Assembly: GCA_963575745.1 (NCBI GenBank)
Contig: CAUYUJ010000299.1
Location: 1 to 64,000, forward strand
From: Prorocentrum cordatum
Taxonomy: Eukaryota
DNA length: 64,000 nucleotides
Direction of reading: 5' to 3'
Below the pieces are notes generated by a model that saw only the letters and a program-made list of their open reading frames with translations, did no database searches and was not told the origin of the DNA. Shown here piece by piece: positions 1 through 14,349 of this stretch (within the stretch, counting starts at the first letter, position 1; each line of letters starts with the position of its first letter). The translations under genes were made by a program, and so were the position numbers.

Positions 1-273
1 ACCTATCTCTTCCAAGACGGAACAGGGAGAAGTGAGCGAAAATGTCCTGGCCGCGGCGGTGGCCGAACGCCTGCACTTCGTACACTGCAAGCCTTCCTGG
101 TGCAACTGATGGACACTGATGAAAAGGGCAACGGCGGCGGCTGGGGGGGAGGCGGGGAAAGCTTCCAAAGCAGCCAAGGTGGATCTCGTGAGTCTGCAAC
201 GGACGAGCCCAGCTGCGCGCTCGGCCTCTGCCACCTCTGACAGTTCAGCTTCAGGAGGCCTGGCGGGGCGCGA

Positions 274-713
274 AGCCTCCCCTGCAATGACATCAGCCGC
301 CCCGTCACCTACAATCATCCAGTAGGGGAAGCGCGGGCGCCCGCCAAGGACCTCGACATGTGGCGCAACTTCTAACGCCACCGCGGAACCGATGCGAGTC
401 TTCAACAGCTGGCCGATGGATCCCCAAACGCTTCTGAGCTCTCCGTAGGGCTGGTCATAGTTCCTGGAACTCCACCCCCTAGAAACTTCGTCGTTATCCG
501 CAACGTAAGTCAGATCTCCTAAAGAAAACCTGATCAAGCCCCCCCCCCCCCCCGCGGAACAGGCTGGCGCCCGCCTGCGTGGGGGCCGTGCATAATTCAA
601 ACGCGAAAAAAAGGCCCGATCGAAGTAGCTGCGCGCACTGCAAGCCGCACTCTCCGAAACCTCTCGTCTTCTCTCTCCTTCCCAGCCGAAGCATCGCCAA
701 AAACAAAAAGGAG
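274..713 (-). pseudogene. RNase H domain of the LINE (broken)
   Basis: Manual translation gives FGDASAG ... YVADN ... GDGAADVIAGEA, matching the order of RNase HI acidic motifs. Confidence 0.75.
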
Positions 714-1952
714 GGCATCGGGCGCGGCCTTGCCCAGGGCACCTGCCCCCAGTTGCTCTGCGAGAAGATCTGCGAAGCGCCGGCGTTCATCTGCGGTCGG
801 AGCGGCGGTCTGCGCCCGCGGAGCTGGCAGCGGCCCAGGATGCCGGAGGCGTGCCTCTGCATACCCCCGCGCCAAAGCTCTTGGAAATAAGGCGCCCGAT
901 GCAGTGAAAGCTGGATGGGGGGGAATTGCTGGGAAGCAACCAGTGGCGATGTTGATGGGGTTTCTGGAGCGCCCCCTCTGCCTTCGAGCCTGCGTCTGGG
1001 GCGGGCATTCGAAGCGGCGTTTCCTGCGTGTAACTTGCGGCCCTGCAGCCAGCAACGCCCAGTGGCGATGCGGAGTCTCCGCGAGCTGTCTGCCGCGCTT
1101 CGCCCCCTCGAGCTGCCGCGCCAGCGCGCGCGGCGAAAAATGATTTACGCCTCCCGCGGTACCTGGCCCGCAGAAATAAGATTCGGCTGCCCCCCGTTGC
1201 TGAAGATCAATGGCCCACTGGAAATCCTCGAGCCAACTTCTAGTTCCGCCAAATGACACCATCCCCACTGCAGGAGACGCCCACTGAACGCGGTTAGACG
1301 CCCCCGACAACTCGCGATCGACCCCCCCCCCAAATGGTTCGGCGCAGCGGGGGCCCAACCGACTGCGAGTAAATGCGTTATGACGGCCGACAAAGGGTCT
1401 CGTGTATTCCTTGATCTTCTGTTAGGTGTTAGGGGAAAAGTTTCGAGATCCCTGCAGCGGCTCGCCCACCTTTGAACGCTCCAGCGTGAGAGAGGATGGA
1501 AGACGCATCCAACAATCAAACCAAGTGCGATTGCAAGCAGCGGGGGGCGGGATACCTGAGCCGCGCTCAGGCGCGCGGATGTCCAGCAGAAACGCGCGGC
1601 ACCTGCCTCTCTTGCCAGAGCCCGAGACAACGCCCACTCGCCCCCGTGATCTCTGATGCTGCCACACAACAAAACTCCACATATTTCCATCCCATAGGTA
1701 TTAAAAGCTCGTGGCCCCGCTAGATCAGTCTGCTTGGCGGTCAAATGCCGACGCGCCGCTCTGGCGCAGCCCTTGAGTTTGCGATGCTGCGTCGCCCCCC
1801 TGGGCTGCCCTCTGCCGCCTGGCCCCAATCGCCGGCCCCCCTCCGCCTCCCAAATCAATGCCCAAATGTGGGGCCGAGGGGGCCGCCGTGATCTGGGCTC
1901 CGCGGCGGTTCAGGCGACAAGAGATCTGCTTGGTGGCTGAGTGCGCCGAGCT

Positions 1953-2710
1953 TTAAAACGAACTCTTGTCAGCGAGCTGCAACCTGTAGGCCTGCATCTC
2001 ATCGGGCGCAATCTGAGCGGCACCGACCGGGCTCAAAATCTGGGGCGTCAAATCGCCGATCCGAATCCGCTGCGAAGCGAAGCGGATGCCATTGCGAAGC
2101 CCCTGGGCTGTCGATTTGGCTGACTGAACGGCTCCGTGCTGGATCAAAATACGAGGTGCCACGCGCTGCTGCGGCTCTAATGCCAACTTGACAGCTGGGA
2201 AGTCTAACATCAAATATCCAATCTGATAGTATCGTAACTTCCACTGATGTCTAATATGGCTTGCGTGACTGAGATGTCTAAACGCTTGCGAGCCTGGGCA
2301 TCCAAGACCCTGCGGACGGCTCCCCGCAGGGCTGACTTGCCCGATATAGCTGCGTCACAAGCTGGTGTAATCTGCCATGGCCACTGCTGAGAAATTCTGT
2401 CTCGAACGCGGCAGACCACGCATGTCAGCCCAATCGCCCTGTCCCTTCCCAGCTTCTTCGCCAATGACCTCCCCGGCACCGCCAGTAGCTGCCGCGGCCA
2501 TGTGAGCGAATGCTCGCAAGCAGTGTACGCATGGCATACAGACTCGAGCGCGATATCGGGCAGCCGCTCGAAGTTGAGCGGGGTGAACTGATCCAAGCCA
2601 AGGCCTGCTGAAGGTCGCGTCTTCTTCGGGGCCCCTCGGAGGCCCCGAACAAGGAACTCAGGCAGATCCTCAATGGAGACCACCTCTGTTTTTTTACCGA
2701 AAATTTCCAA
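1953..2710 (-). pseudogene. Reverse transcriptase domain (broken)
   Basis: Non-LTR RT motifs are split across two ORFs; the catalytic DD reads as GD. Confidence 0.85.
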
Positions 2711-4281
2711 CGCGTGGCCCTGCGAAGCCAGCAGGTTAGCCCAAAGATAATGATATTTCCGGGCCTTGGCGTCGATCGCTTCTCTCGGATGAAAAGAGCT
2801 CGCCCGCCATAGTGCATATCGTCACTGGCCATGGGCCCTGCTCGCTAGCTGCGAAAAAGCTGGCCCTGCTTGGTGTCGTCGACCATCCAGGCTTGAAACC
2901 GATGAGGTGATTGCCTAGGCGCACGCCTCTGATCGCGCCCGGATAGACGCCCGGCCCACTCGACGATCTTATCCAAGAAGCCATCCCCAAGACTACCCAG
3001 AAGCTCCAAGCAATGAACCCACGCCTCGAAAGTGGGCTCGACGGGCCTGCTGGAGTGCCTGCTGGACCTGCGCAGGGGCGCCTCTCGCGAGACGCCCTGC
3101 CAGTCTGAATAGGAGTATGTCTTCGGCGGGCCCTTTGTTCCGCTGCCTATGCCGAAGAAGTCTGTGGGTAATGACGTGCGCTCGTGCCCGCCAGGTAGCC
3201 GTTTGGTCGGACAGCGGAAGCTCGCGATACTTCTGCACTTGCTGGACTGGCTGTTGCTGCAGCTTAGGCCTTGCAGCGCGAGAGCGACACTTCGGCGGAT
3301 TCCAGAACTGCTTGCTAGGGACCCTTCATCTCGCGCTTGGCCTCTAGTGCTCGTCGTCCGATGCGTTTCCATATGTTTCGGGCTTGCTTGTGATGTCGCC
3401 GCCGTTGGCAACGTCAACAATCGTGACCACCATAGGTCTGGCATGTGGCAGAGAATGCCGAGCGCGGAGGCGGCCTAACGCTCCGTTTAGCACGTCCCTT
3501 GGGGGCCCGGCCAGCGGTGAGGTCAGCAGCGGCCCGGTCTACGGAAAACGTGAGTCGCTATCTCTTCTTGTTGCTAATGCGTACAGGAGGATGAAGATGA
3601 GAGGATGAGAAGGAAGACAAGGAGGTTGAGGACGAGGATGAGCAATGGCCCAAAAGACACTCTGCGACTGCACTGGAATCCCCCCCGTCGTCGCTGGCGT
3701 CATCGTCGTCCTCCTCCTCCTCCTCACCTCCGCTTCTGTGCAAATTTCGGCCATGCGCGGCCAACCGAACATGACAATTCAAAACGGTGACGCGCCTAAG
3801 CCGCAAAGGTTAAGTAAGATATGCCGGCGATTGCTTTGACTTGGAAGGGCGTGTCTGCGCCCTCGTGGAAGCAACAAACCATGGCTGTGACCCTGGGGGC
3901 CCGGCACGGGTCATTGAAAGCTGAAACATAGCAGAATCCTTCATACAATCGGCCTTCGGCCAGAAGAGCATCCCTCAAGAACATGAGGTCCTCCGTCGGC
4001 CAAAACGAACAGAACACCCAAAGGCACCCCCCCTGGATGCACAACAGCATCCTCCTCCTCCTTCTCCTCCTCCTCCTCCTTCTCATCCTCCGCCCCCGTC
4101 GTTATCGTTCGTCGCCCACTTCCTCCTCTCCTTTGCCCTCCTCCCGGACTCCTAGCCACCCCCGCTCCTGCCCGCGCGCGGGGGTGTGCGGCGGGGGGGG
4201 TGGGCGAGCCTGGGGGCCGCGGAGGCCTTGAGGTCAAACCTCGGCGCGCCGCGGGCTGGAGAGGGGAGGAGGAGGAGGAGC

Positions 4282-4312
<31 letters not shown>

Positions 4313-5029
4313 GGAGGAGGAGGAGGAGGAGGAAAAGGAAAAGGAGGAGGAGGAGATGCTGATGATGATGATGTTGAGGAGGAGGAGGAGGAGGAGGAGG
4401 AGGAGCAGGAGCAGGAGGAGGCAGAGGCGGATGCCCCCTCCCCCTCTTACTCTCCTCCTCCTCTTCCCCCTCCAGTCCTCTTCCTCCTCCTCCTCCTCCT
4501 CCTCCTCCTCCTCCTCCTCCTCCTCCTCCTCCTTCTCTTCCTCCTCCTCCTCCTGCTCCTCCTCCTCCTAGCTCCTCCTCCTCCCTCCTCCCTGGAATGG
4601 GCCCGCCGGAGGGCAGCGGGGGCCTCTGCCGGTGGGCGACAAGGGGGGGCGGGAAGGGGTCACGCGGCCGGCCGAGGCAGGCGCGTCGTGCAGACTTCGT
4701 CGCGGCGGTCCCAGCTCAGCGCGGCACAGGCCTCGGGGTGGGCGCGCTACGGCAGGGGGGGGCGGTGGAGCGCTGTCCTGGAGGGTCGAAGTGCGCCGTG
4801 GAGGCTCAAGACTCGATCTTCGAAGCGGAGGTGCGAGGCTTCGACGCACGGTCGCTTCTTCCTCACCATCCTGTGGTGTTAGGTCCACATGTTGAAGAGA
4901 CAGCGCCCCGCGTCTCACCTCCTCTTGCCCTCCCCCCCCTCTTTCCTCCTCCCATCCTTGCCCCTGCTCTCCGCGTGTCCAATTCGGCACGCCCCTCATA
5001 CGCTTCGTGGCTGCGTAAGGAGATCCGCT

Positions 5030-5506
5030 GAAGGCCCCAGAGGCTGCGCTCGCATGTCACCACCGCGTTCATTTCGGCACACCCTTCACACGTTTCGTGG
5101 CACCATAGGGAACTCCGCCGACAGCCCCAGTGGTTGCGTTCGCATGATACCACCGCGCCAGATTCGGCACACGTCTCATACGTTTCGTGGCCCGAGAGGG
5201 ACCTCCACCGATGGCCTCACTGACCGAAATCGCATGCCACCAACACACGCATGCCGACACACCCCCTCACACGTGTCGTGGCCCTTCAGGGAACTCCACC
5301 GAGGGCCACAATGGCTGCGCTCGCATGCTACCACCAGACCCTTGTCGGCACACCCTTCACACGTCTTGTGGCCTCATAGGGAAGCCCACCGAAGGCTCCA
5401 AATGCTCCGTCCGCATGGCTGTCCAGCCCCATTCCGGCACACCCATCACGCGCTTCGTGGCCCCATGGGGAGCTCCACCGAAGGCCCCAGTGGCAAAGCT
5501 CGCATG
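5030..5506. repeat. Tandem satellite, about 80-bp unit, about 6 diverged copies
   Basis: Recurring gaaggccccagtggctgcgttcgcatg...ttcggcacacccctcacacgtttcgtggccccataggga; inverted relatives lie at about 17920-18280. Confidence 0.85.
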
Positions 5507-5885
5507 GACAGACCTCGGTGTCTAACCCCTCGAGAACGAATCAACTACTTGACAAACGCTTGCGTCCGAAAGCTGTTTCTGAACTGCGCCTCTGGCCGCG
5601 GCGTCGAAAACTGGGTTGGGCGGTGCGGAGGATGGGGGAAGGGACGGGGCGGCGGATGAGGGAGGAGGCGGAGGATCTGGAGGAGCAAACAAATGAGACA
5701 GGGGGCGAGGACGAAACGAATGATGGGGGCCAGGGGAGAGGAGGTCATAGTGAAGAGGAGAACCAAAAGGAGGAGGAGAAGGGGAGGGAGGGAGGGAGGA
5801 GGAAGGGGGAGGAGGAAGGGAGGGAGGGAGGGCGGGCTGGCGGGCTGGCCGGAGGAGGAGGAGGAGGAGGAAAATGATGATGATA

Positions 5886-5916
<31 letters not shown>

Positions 5917-6196
5917 GGAGGAGGAGGAGGAGGAGGAGGAGGAGGAGGAATATTCGCTGGGAAGGAATCGCATCGTCGCCGCCCTCGCGGCACAGCCCGC
6001 ATCCGCACCCATCATCGCCATGAAGATCGAGACCAGCGCAACAACCCTGGGCGCAGGGAGGGCCGTCGATTATCGGGCGCACCTCGCGCCAAGTCTGGAG
6101 GTCGCGGAGTCGGCTCATCTCTCTCCAACGGGAGCTGATCGTCGGCTGGCGGGGGTCCCGCAGGGCGACCCAAATCCGCGCCTCCAAAGAACCGCT

Positions 6197-7050
6197 CTAC
6201 CGCCTGGTCCTCCGGGTCAAGGGGCTCCAGCAGTGGTTGAGAAGACGCGCCAGGAGCCTCCGAAAACACGTCTCCCTGGTCTCTCGGCGCGGCCACGGCT
6301 GACGGAACAGGTCCCTAGGTCCCACGGTCCACCGCCTTCTTGGCTCTGGCCACATCTTCAGCACAGACGCGCGCATGCATCGCAAATATAAGGCCTGGAC
6401 GATCCTAACTCGATTCCCCGCTCCTTTGCGAGACTCCTCCAAGCAGCGGCCCTCAAGGTGACGGGAATATTTTGTCGCATACTTGCCGCGCTCATGGCAA
6501 AACAACATGCAATACTCCGGCCACTGTCCAAGCTTATGCGAGGGATGCAACGCCCACCCGCCCAAGCCCTTCCACCCGCCACCTCCCGCATCCCTGGGGT
6601 CGCTGTCGAGGGCGGGTGGGGGCGGGGCTGGCGGGGCTGGCGGCGGGGCGCACGGAGTGCGACAGAAATCCAGCAAGGCAGAGGCATGCACGCGCAGACT
6701 GCAGACTTCACATCGCCACTTTGCTCCGTCCTGGACCATCTGGTGGTCCGAGTCCCGCGGGGCCATCTGCGCGCCTCCGCCACTGGGGATCCCAGGCGCG
6801 GTCTCTCTGCGCTCGGCACGGGGCGAGTCACGGCATCGGGGGCCAGTTCAAGGGCCTGGGAGGCGCTGCGCCTTGCATGTGCCGCTGATGCATCCCATCT
6901 GTCATCGTTAGGCGCTCCATGCAGGACGAACCCATGGTCAGCCGTCGCATTGCCCGCAGCAAGAAGAGTGGCCAAACGGCGCCGGCGCCGGCGGCCGCCA
7001 GCAGCGCCGACGGCTGGGGCGAAGCGACGATGACCAGAGGCAGCCGAATG
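6197..7050 (-). mobile_element. 3' fragment of a non-LTR retrotransposon (Cys/His-rich C-terminal region)
   Basis: HQMVQDGAKWRCEVC...FCRTPC and LHPSHKL...LFCHERGKY...LEGRC; the same style of His-x-CxxC tail follows RNase H in the element at 1-3530. Confidence 0.65.
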
Positions 7051-7157
7051 GGGGGGGGGGGAGGGCGATTTCCCCCCCCCCCTGGCGAAGGCGCCGGCGC
7101 TGGCGGCGTCCAGCAGCGCCGGCGCTGCTCCAGCGACGGCGGGGCGAAGCGACCGAT

Positions 7158-7925
7158 AACCACCACTACCACACCACCACCACCACCTACTACCACTCAC
7201 ACACCTCAACCCACCACCAGACCACCAAACCCACCATACAACCACCACCACCACCACACCCCACCACCGCCACCATCACCACCACCACCACAGCTACCAC
7301 CACCACAACCACCACCGCAACAACTCACCATCACCACCACCACCACCACCAAAACCCACCACCACTACCACCGCCGCCACCACCACAATCTACCACGCCA
7401 ACACCACAACCGCCACAATCACCACCACTACCAGCAGCACAACCCACCACCATTATCACAAACCACCACACCGCCATCAGACCAACCGCCAACACTACCA
7501 CCAGCACCACCTCCACAAACCACCGCCACCACCACAACCCATCACCACCACCACAAACTACCACCACACCACCACCAAACCACCACCACCACAACCCACC
7601 ACCACCACAAACCACCACCACCACCACCCCCACCACCACCCCCACCACACCACGACCACGACCACGACCACGACCACCACCACCACCACCACCACCACCA
7701 CCACCCACCAGTACCCACCACCACAACCACCACCAGCACCAGCACCAGCACCACCACCACAAACCACCACACCGCCACCACCACAACCACCACCACCACC
7801 GCCACACATGCGAACACCAGCCCTGAGTTCGAAACGCCACCACCACACGATCATGGGTGCTCACCACCACCACAACCGCATCCTAACAACGCGAAACCCG
7901 ACCACCTGCACCACCCCACACCATT
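7158..7925. repeat. (CAC/ACC)n degenerate microsatellite
   Basis: Directly visible. Confidence 0.95.
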
Positions 7926-8917
7926 ATCGTCGTCCTAAGTCGACGCTCCCCGCCGCGCCGCCCGCTGCCGCAGCGCCGCTCCGAGCCCAGAAAAGGAAAT
8001 CATCGGTCCCAACGCCGCCGCCGCCGGGGGGGGGGGGGGGGGGGACCACCGAGGAAAAGGAGAGAGGATAAGTAGGGGAGGGGGGGTTTGGGTGGGTCGA
8101 CCCCCCCCCTCCCTCCCCTACGTCACGGGAGGAAGGGGGGGGGGTTCGACCCCCCCCCTCCCTCCCCTACGTCACGGGAGGAAGGGGGGGCAGATAAGGT
8201 GTTACTGTGGCCCGTTGATTGTTAGTGCGGCCCGGTGGGTGTTAGTATGGCCAGGGTTCCTCACGAGGGTATCAATCAACGAGTGCGGTGAAGGGGGGGG
8301 GGGTCTCCAGAGAGCCTCCCCCCCCTTCACCGAAGGGCCTCTCGGAAGAGCCTCTGGGGGTCGCTGACAAGCCTCTTGGGGCCTCCGAAGAGCCTCTTGG
8401 AGCAGCCGAAGAGTATCTTGGGCTCTCCGAGGCCTTCAGGGTCTCCAAGGAGACCTCCAAGGAGCCCTCCAGAAGCCTCCCAAAAGCCCTCCAGAGCCTC
8501 CCGTTCCTCCGCACTCCATCGCACTCCTCCGCACTTCACTCCATTCCTCCCCCTCTCCGCACTCCTCCCCACTCCTCTGTACCTTTCCGCACTTCACCGT
8601 GCTCCTCGGCATCCCTCCCCACTCCTTCAAACTCCCTCCATCTTGCTTTTCGGCGTTCCTCCCCACTCCTCCGTAGTCTTCCCCACTCCATCGCACTACT
8701 CCCTCCGCCTCCCCATTTCACGGCACTCCTCCTCCTGCCTCCTCCTCATTCCTCCCTCGCTCTGACTCCTCCCTCCGCCCTCCGCCCTCCTCCCTCCTCT
8801 CTCCTTCCCTCCCGATTCCATTGCTCTCCTCGGCGCTCCTCTCGAGTCCTCTCCATTCCATCGCCTCCCTCCTTCCCTTCCTCCTTCTCCCTCCCTCCTT
8901 TCCCCTCTTTTCCGTCC

Positions 8918-9034
8918 CTACTACTACGACGAAGATACTACTAGTTCTAACTACCAAATCTAATACTACGACTGGTTCTACTACTAGTTATACTACTTCT
9001 TCTTCTTCTCCTACTACTACTACTACTACTACTG

Positions 9035-9071
<37 letters not shown>

Positions 9072-9135
9072 TTATACTTTTATTCATGCTCAGACTTCTA
9101 CTTCTACTTATACTTCTATTCTACTTCTACCACTG

Positions 9136-9169
<34 letters not shown>

Positions 9170-9210
9170 GACTACGACTACTACTACTACTACTACTGCT
9201 ACTGCTGCTG

Positions 9211-9250
<40 letters not shown>

Positions 9251-9404
9251 CGACTACCGACTACTACTAACCTAACGACTACTACTACTACTACTACTCA
9301 CTACTACTACTACTACTACTACATTACTACTACTACTTCTAGCGCGGCTACTACCAGCAAAACCCAGGCGCTACTACTACTGCCCGCTACTACGACTACT
9401 ACTA

Positions 9405-9436
<32 letters not shown>

Positions 9437-9455
9437 ACTACTACTACTACTACCA

Positions 9456-9519
<64 letters not shown>

Positions 9520-9551
9520 GAGTACTATGAATGCAAGGACTACTACGACCT

Positions 9552-9582
<31 letters not shown>

Positions 9583-9583
9583 C

Positions 9584-9656
<73 letters not shown>

Positions 9657-9816
9657 ATACTACACTACCACTCCTCCTCCTACTACTACTAATAATACTA
9701 CTACGTCTACGACTGCTAAAGATACGACTTCAAAAACTACTACTCCTGCGACTCCTTCTGCGACTACTACTACTCATACGGCACGACGACGACGACGACT
9801 GCTACTACTACTATTA

Positions 9817-9848
<32 letters not shown>

Positions 9849-10096
9849 ACTACTACTACTACTACTACTACTAGTAGAACTAGTAGAACTAGTACTAGTA
9901 CTATCAGCATTAGTACCCGTACTAGTACTAGTACTAGTATTACTACTGTTACTACAATTTCAGTAGACATTATTATCACTACTAGTACTAGTACTAGTAC
10001 TAGTAGTAGAACAAGTACTAGTACTACTACTACTGCTACTACTACTACTATTTCTGCGACTACTACTCCTAAAACTACGACGACGACGACTACTAT

Positions 10097-10149
<53 letters not shown>

Positions 10150-10313
10150 GTACTATCAGCATAGTACTCGTACTCGAACTAGTTCTAGTACTAGTAGTAT
10201 TCCTGGTACTACTCCTACTACTACTCCTACTACAACTACTCTTACTACTACTACTATTACTACCACTACTACTACTACTACTACTGCTGCTACTACTACT
10301 ACTACTACTACTG

Positions 10314-10368
<55 letters not shown>

Positions 10369-10408
10369 GATTACTACGACTACTACGACTACTACGACTA
10401 CTGCGACG

Positions 10409-10460
<52 letters not shown>

Positions 10461-10983
10461 TTACTACTAATACTATGTTGGTTCCAACTCGGAGTTGCTG
10501 TGGCCACTTTCGCCTGCGCGGGAGGGGTTGCGAACCTCTCCAGATCTGATATGAGATACCTTTACATATTACTATTCATTGAACGGCCAGCGCGGGCCAC
10601 AGTAACTCCATTCCAGAAGCGCGACGGGCCACACGAACACCCAACTGGCCAGACTAATACCCAACGGGCCACAGCAGAGTAGGAACCGGTCGCCGCGGGG
10701 GGAGGGGGGGGGTTCGAACCACCCACCCTCTATCCAGGGAGGTGCGTGGTCCGGTTCAACCCCCCCCCTCCAAGCAACCACAGAAAACGTTCATTCTTAT
10801 CGCCTGAAGCGGGCCACCGTGGACTCCTGACTCGTTCCTACACATGTGAAGTTGACAACGACTATAAATAATTAGGCTTGCGATACTAAAACGCTGAGGT
10901 AACGATCCACTTTTGGGGGAAACTAGTCCTTGGGACTCCCTCCGCTCCTTCCCCTTCTCCTCCCGTCCTATTGAATATGCTAG

Positions 10984-11036
<53 letters not shown>

Positions 11037-11619
11037 TTACTACCACTACCACTACTACTACTACGACTACGACTACTACTACTACTACTACTACTACCTA
11101 CTACTGCTACTACCCTCCTATTACTTTACTGACGACTACGCTAACTACTACAACTACTACCACTACTACTACTACTACGACTACTACTACTACACTACTA
11201 CGCCTCTACAACTACTACAACAATACTACTACTACTCACTAACTACTACTACCCACTCTCTACTACTACTACTACTACTACTACTACGATACTACTACTA
11301 CTACTACTACTACTCTACTACTACGACTACTACGACGACCATCGACGAACGACGACCACTACGACTACTACACTACTACTAGTGGTTTTAATGGGGTTTT
11401 GTTGGGGGGGGGGGGCCTCTAATTTGTTGTGCTTTACTACTACTACTACGACTACTACTACTACAACTACTACTACTACCACTACTACTACTACTCCTAC
11501 TCCTACTACTACAACTACTACTACTACTACCACTACTACTACTACTACTGCTACGACAGCGACTACGACTACTACGACTACTACTACTACTACTACTACT
11601 ACTATTACTACTTCTACTT

Positions 11620-11659
<40 letters not shown>

Positions 11660-11812
11660 AACTACTACTACTACTACTACTACTACTACGACGACTACGA
11701 CTGCGACTGCGACTACGACTACGACTACGACTACGACTACGACTACGACTACACCTACGCCTACGACTACGACTACGACTACGATGGCTACTACTACTAC
11801 TGCTAATCTTAT

Positions 11813-11843
<31 letters not shown>

Positions 11844-11915
11844 GGTATTGGTACTGGTACTAGTACTAGTACTAGTAGTAGTAGTACTACTACTAACTTC
11901 CTACTACTACAACTG

Positions 11916-11952
<37 letters not shown>

Positions 11953-11984
11953 GACTACTACTCTTACTTCTATTACTACGACTT

Positions 11985-12021
<37 letters not shown>

Positions 12022-12048
12022 ATTACGACACTACTCCCACCTACTACG

Positions 12049-12080
<32 letters not shown>

Positions 12081-12161
12081 CACTACTACCTACTACCTAA
12101 CTCTGCACCTTCCTACTCTACTACACTACTACTACTACTACTACTACTTCTACTACTACTT

Positions 12162-12192
<31 letters not shown>

Positions 12193-12211
12193 GACTACTA
12201 CTACTCTACTG

Positions 12212-12247
<36 letters not shown>

Positions 12248-12303
12248 TTACTACTACTACCGCCAACACGACCAATACACTTACTACTACTACTACTACT
12301 ATA

Positions 12304-12397
<94 letters not shown>

Positions 12398-12597
12398 GAC
12401 TACGGCTACTACTTCTACTACTGCTACTACTATTACTACTACTAACACTATTACTGCTACTGCTATTGCTACACCGACTACTACTACGACGGCTACTACT
12501 AGTACTAGTACTAGTGAAAATACTAGTATTAGTACTAGTACTCGTACTAGTACTAGTACTAGTACTCTTATTTCGACTGCTGCTGCTACTACTACTA

Positions 12598-12639
<42 letters not shown>

Positions 12640-12875
12640 GACTACGACTACTACTACTACTACGACTACGACTACGACTACTACTACTAACTACTACTAC
12701 TACTGCTACTCCTACCACTACTACTACCACTACCACTGCATACTACTACTACTACGACTAACTATTACTACCACTATTACTACTACTACTACCACACTAC
12801 TACTACTACTACTACTGCTACTACTACTACTACTACTACTACCACTACCAACACGACCAATACTACTACTACTAT

Positions 12876-12931
<56 letters not shown>

Positions 12932-12934
12932 CCA

Positions 12935-12965
<31 letters not shown>

Positions 12966-13160
12966 CACTACTGGTACTGGTACTGCTACAACGACTACTA
13001 CTAGTACTAGTAACAGAACGAGTGCCACTACTACTATTACTACTGCTACTACTACTACTACCACTACTACCCGCACTACGAACCACTATTCTTATAAGGG
13101 GCTACTACAAACCCCATACGACGACGACTGCTACTACTACTACCACCACTACCACTACGT

Positions 13161-13209
<49 letters not shown>

Positions 13210-13293
13210 CACTACCACTACTACTACTACTCTTACTACGAGAACTACTACTACTAGTACTAGTACCAGAACTAGTACTAGTACTAGCACTAG

Positions 13294-13335
<42 letters not shown>

Positions 13336-13479
13336 AAGTACTACTACTACTACTACTACTACGACTACTACTAATACTACTCTATAAATCTACTGCTAGT
13401 ACTACTACTGCTACTACCACTACTACTAGTAGTAGTACTACTACTACTACTACGATTACTACTACTACTACTGCTGCTG

Positions 13480-13510
<31 letters not shown>

Positions 13511-13552
13511 GACTACTACCTACTACTACTACTGTTACTAGTACTACTACTG

Positions 13553-13583
<31 letters not shown>

Positions 13584-13613
13584 AACTATACTACGACTAC
13601 GACTACTACTACA

Positions 13614-13656
<43 letters not shown>

Positions 13657-13783
13657 ACCACTACTAACTAAATAATACTACTACTACGACTACGACTACG
13701 ACTACTACTACTACTACTACCACTACTACTACTACTACTAGTACTACTACTACTACTACTATTACTACTACTACCACCAATAA

Positions 13784-13849
<66 letters not shown>

Positions 13850-13968
13850 TACGACTACGACGGCGACGACGACGACTACGACTACGACTACTACTACGAC
13901 TACGACAACAACAACTACTACTACTACCACTACCAACACCACCACCACCACTACCACTACCACTACCA

Positions 13969-14031
<63 letters not shown>

Positions 14032-14058
14032 GTACTACTACTACTACTACTACTACTA
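8918..14058. repeat. About 5-kb degenerate (TAC)n microsatellite field with locally inverted (GTA)n patches and a unique island at about 10490-10980
   Basis: Directly visible; a further (TAC)n tract lies at 15121-15285. Confidence 0.97.
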
Positions 14059-14349
14059 ACCTCATGCCCGTGAGAACAAACACTAGGGGATAATAAAGTT
14101 CGGGGTTCAGGGAGAGATAATAAAAGTAGCCCAGCAGACCTCAGCATAATCTCGAAGTAAGAGATGATCAAGAGGAGACCAAGCCGAGCACGTTTCGATA
14201 CATCCTTGGCGTTTAGTTTTCATAGAAATATCCTCAACAATGGCTCATCTCGCTGGAATGGAGGAAGCTATATATAAAAAATAAAAAGAATAAAGAATAA
14301 AAAAAAGAAATGATAGAAGGAGGAGGAGTACGAAGAGAAGAAAAAATCT

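Larger units (their letters stand above)
1..3530 (-). mobile_element. Degenerate non-LTR (LINE-like) retrotransposon with RT and RNase H, fragmented by frameshifts and stops
   Basis: ORF 2210-2710 has RT N-terminal motifs (AGLGLDQFTP..F..LPD.AL, WPRQLL, KKLGRDRAIGL, GKSALR, ILDISGSYDTI). ORF 1953-2213 continues (APRIL..GA, IGDLT as a decayed xxDD, L.LADKS). RNase H lies at about 713-274 (VFGDASAG..DERFRR; LTYVADN; VAPH; GDGAADVIAGEA), with a His/CxxC tail near 90-120. The upstream limit is approximate. Confidence 0.85.

Noticed and set aside
3796..4050. Short possible exon (LCIQGGCLWVFCSFWPTED...)
   Set aside because: No recognisable motif or linked exons, so it cannot be supported.
6120..6200. 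GVPQGDP as an RT motif on the plus strand
   Set aside because: Isolated; no flanking RT motifs such as xxDD were found.
8918..14058. Long poly-Thr/Tyr/Leu/Val/Ser ORFs (mucin-like)
   Set aside because: These are translation artefacts of the (TAC)n microsatellite.
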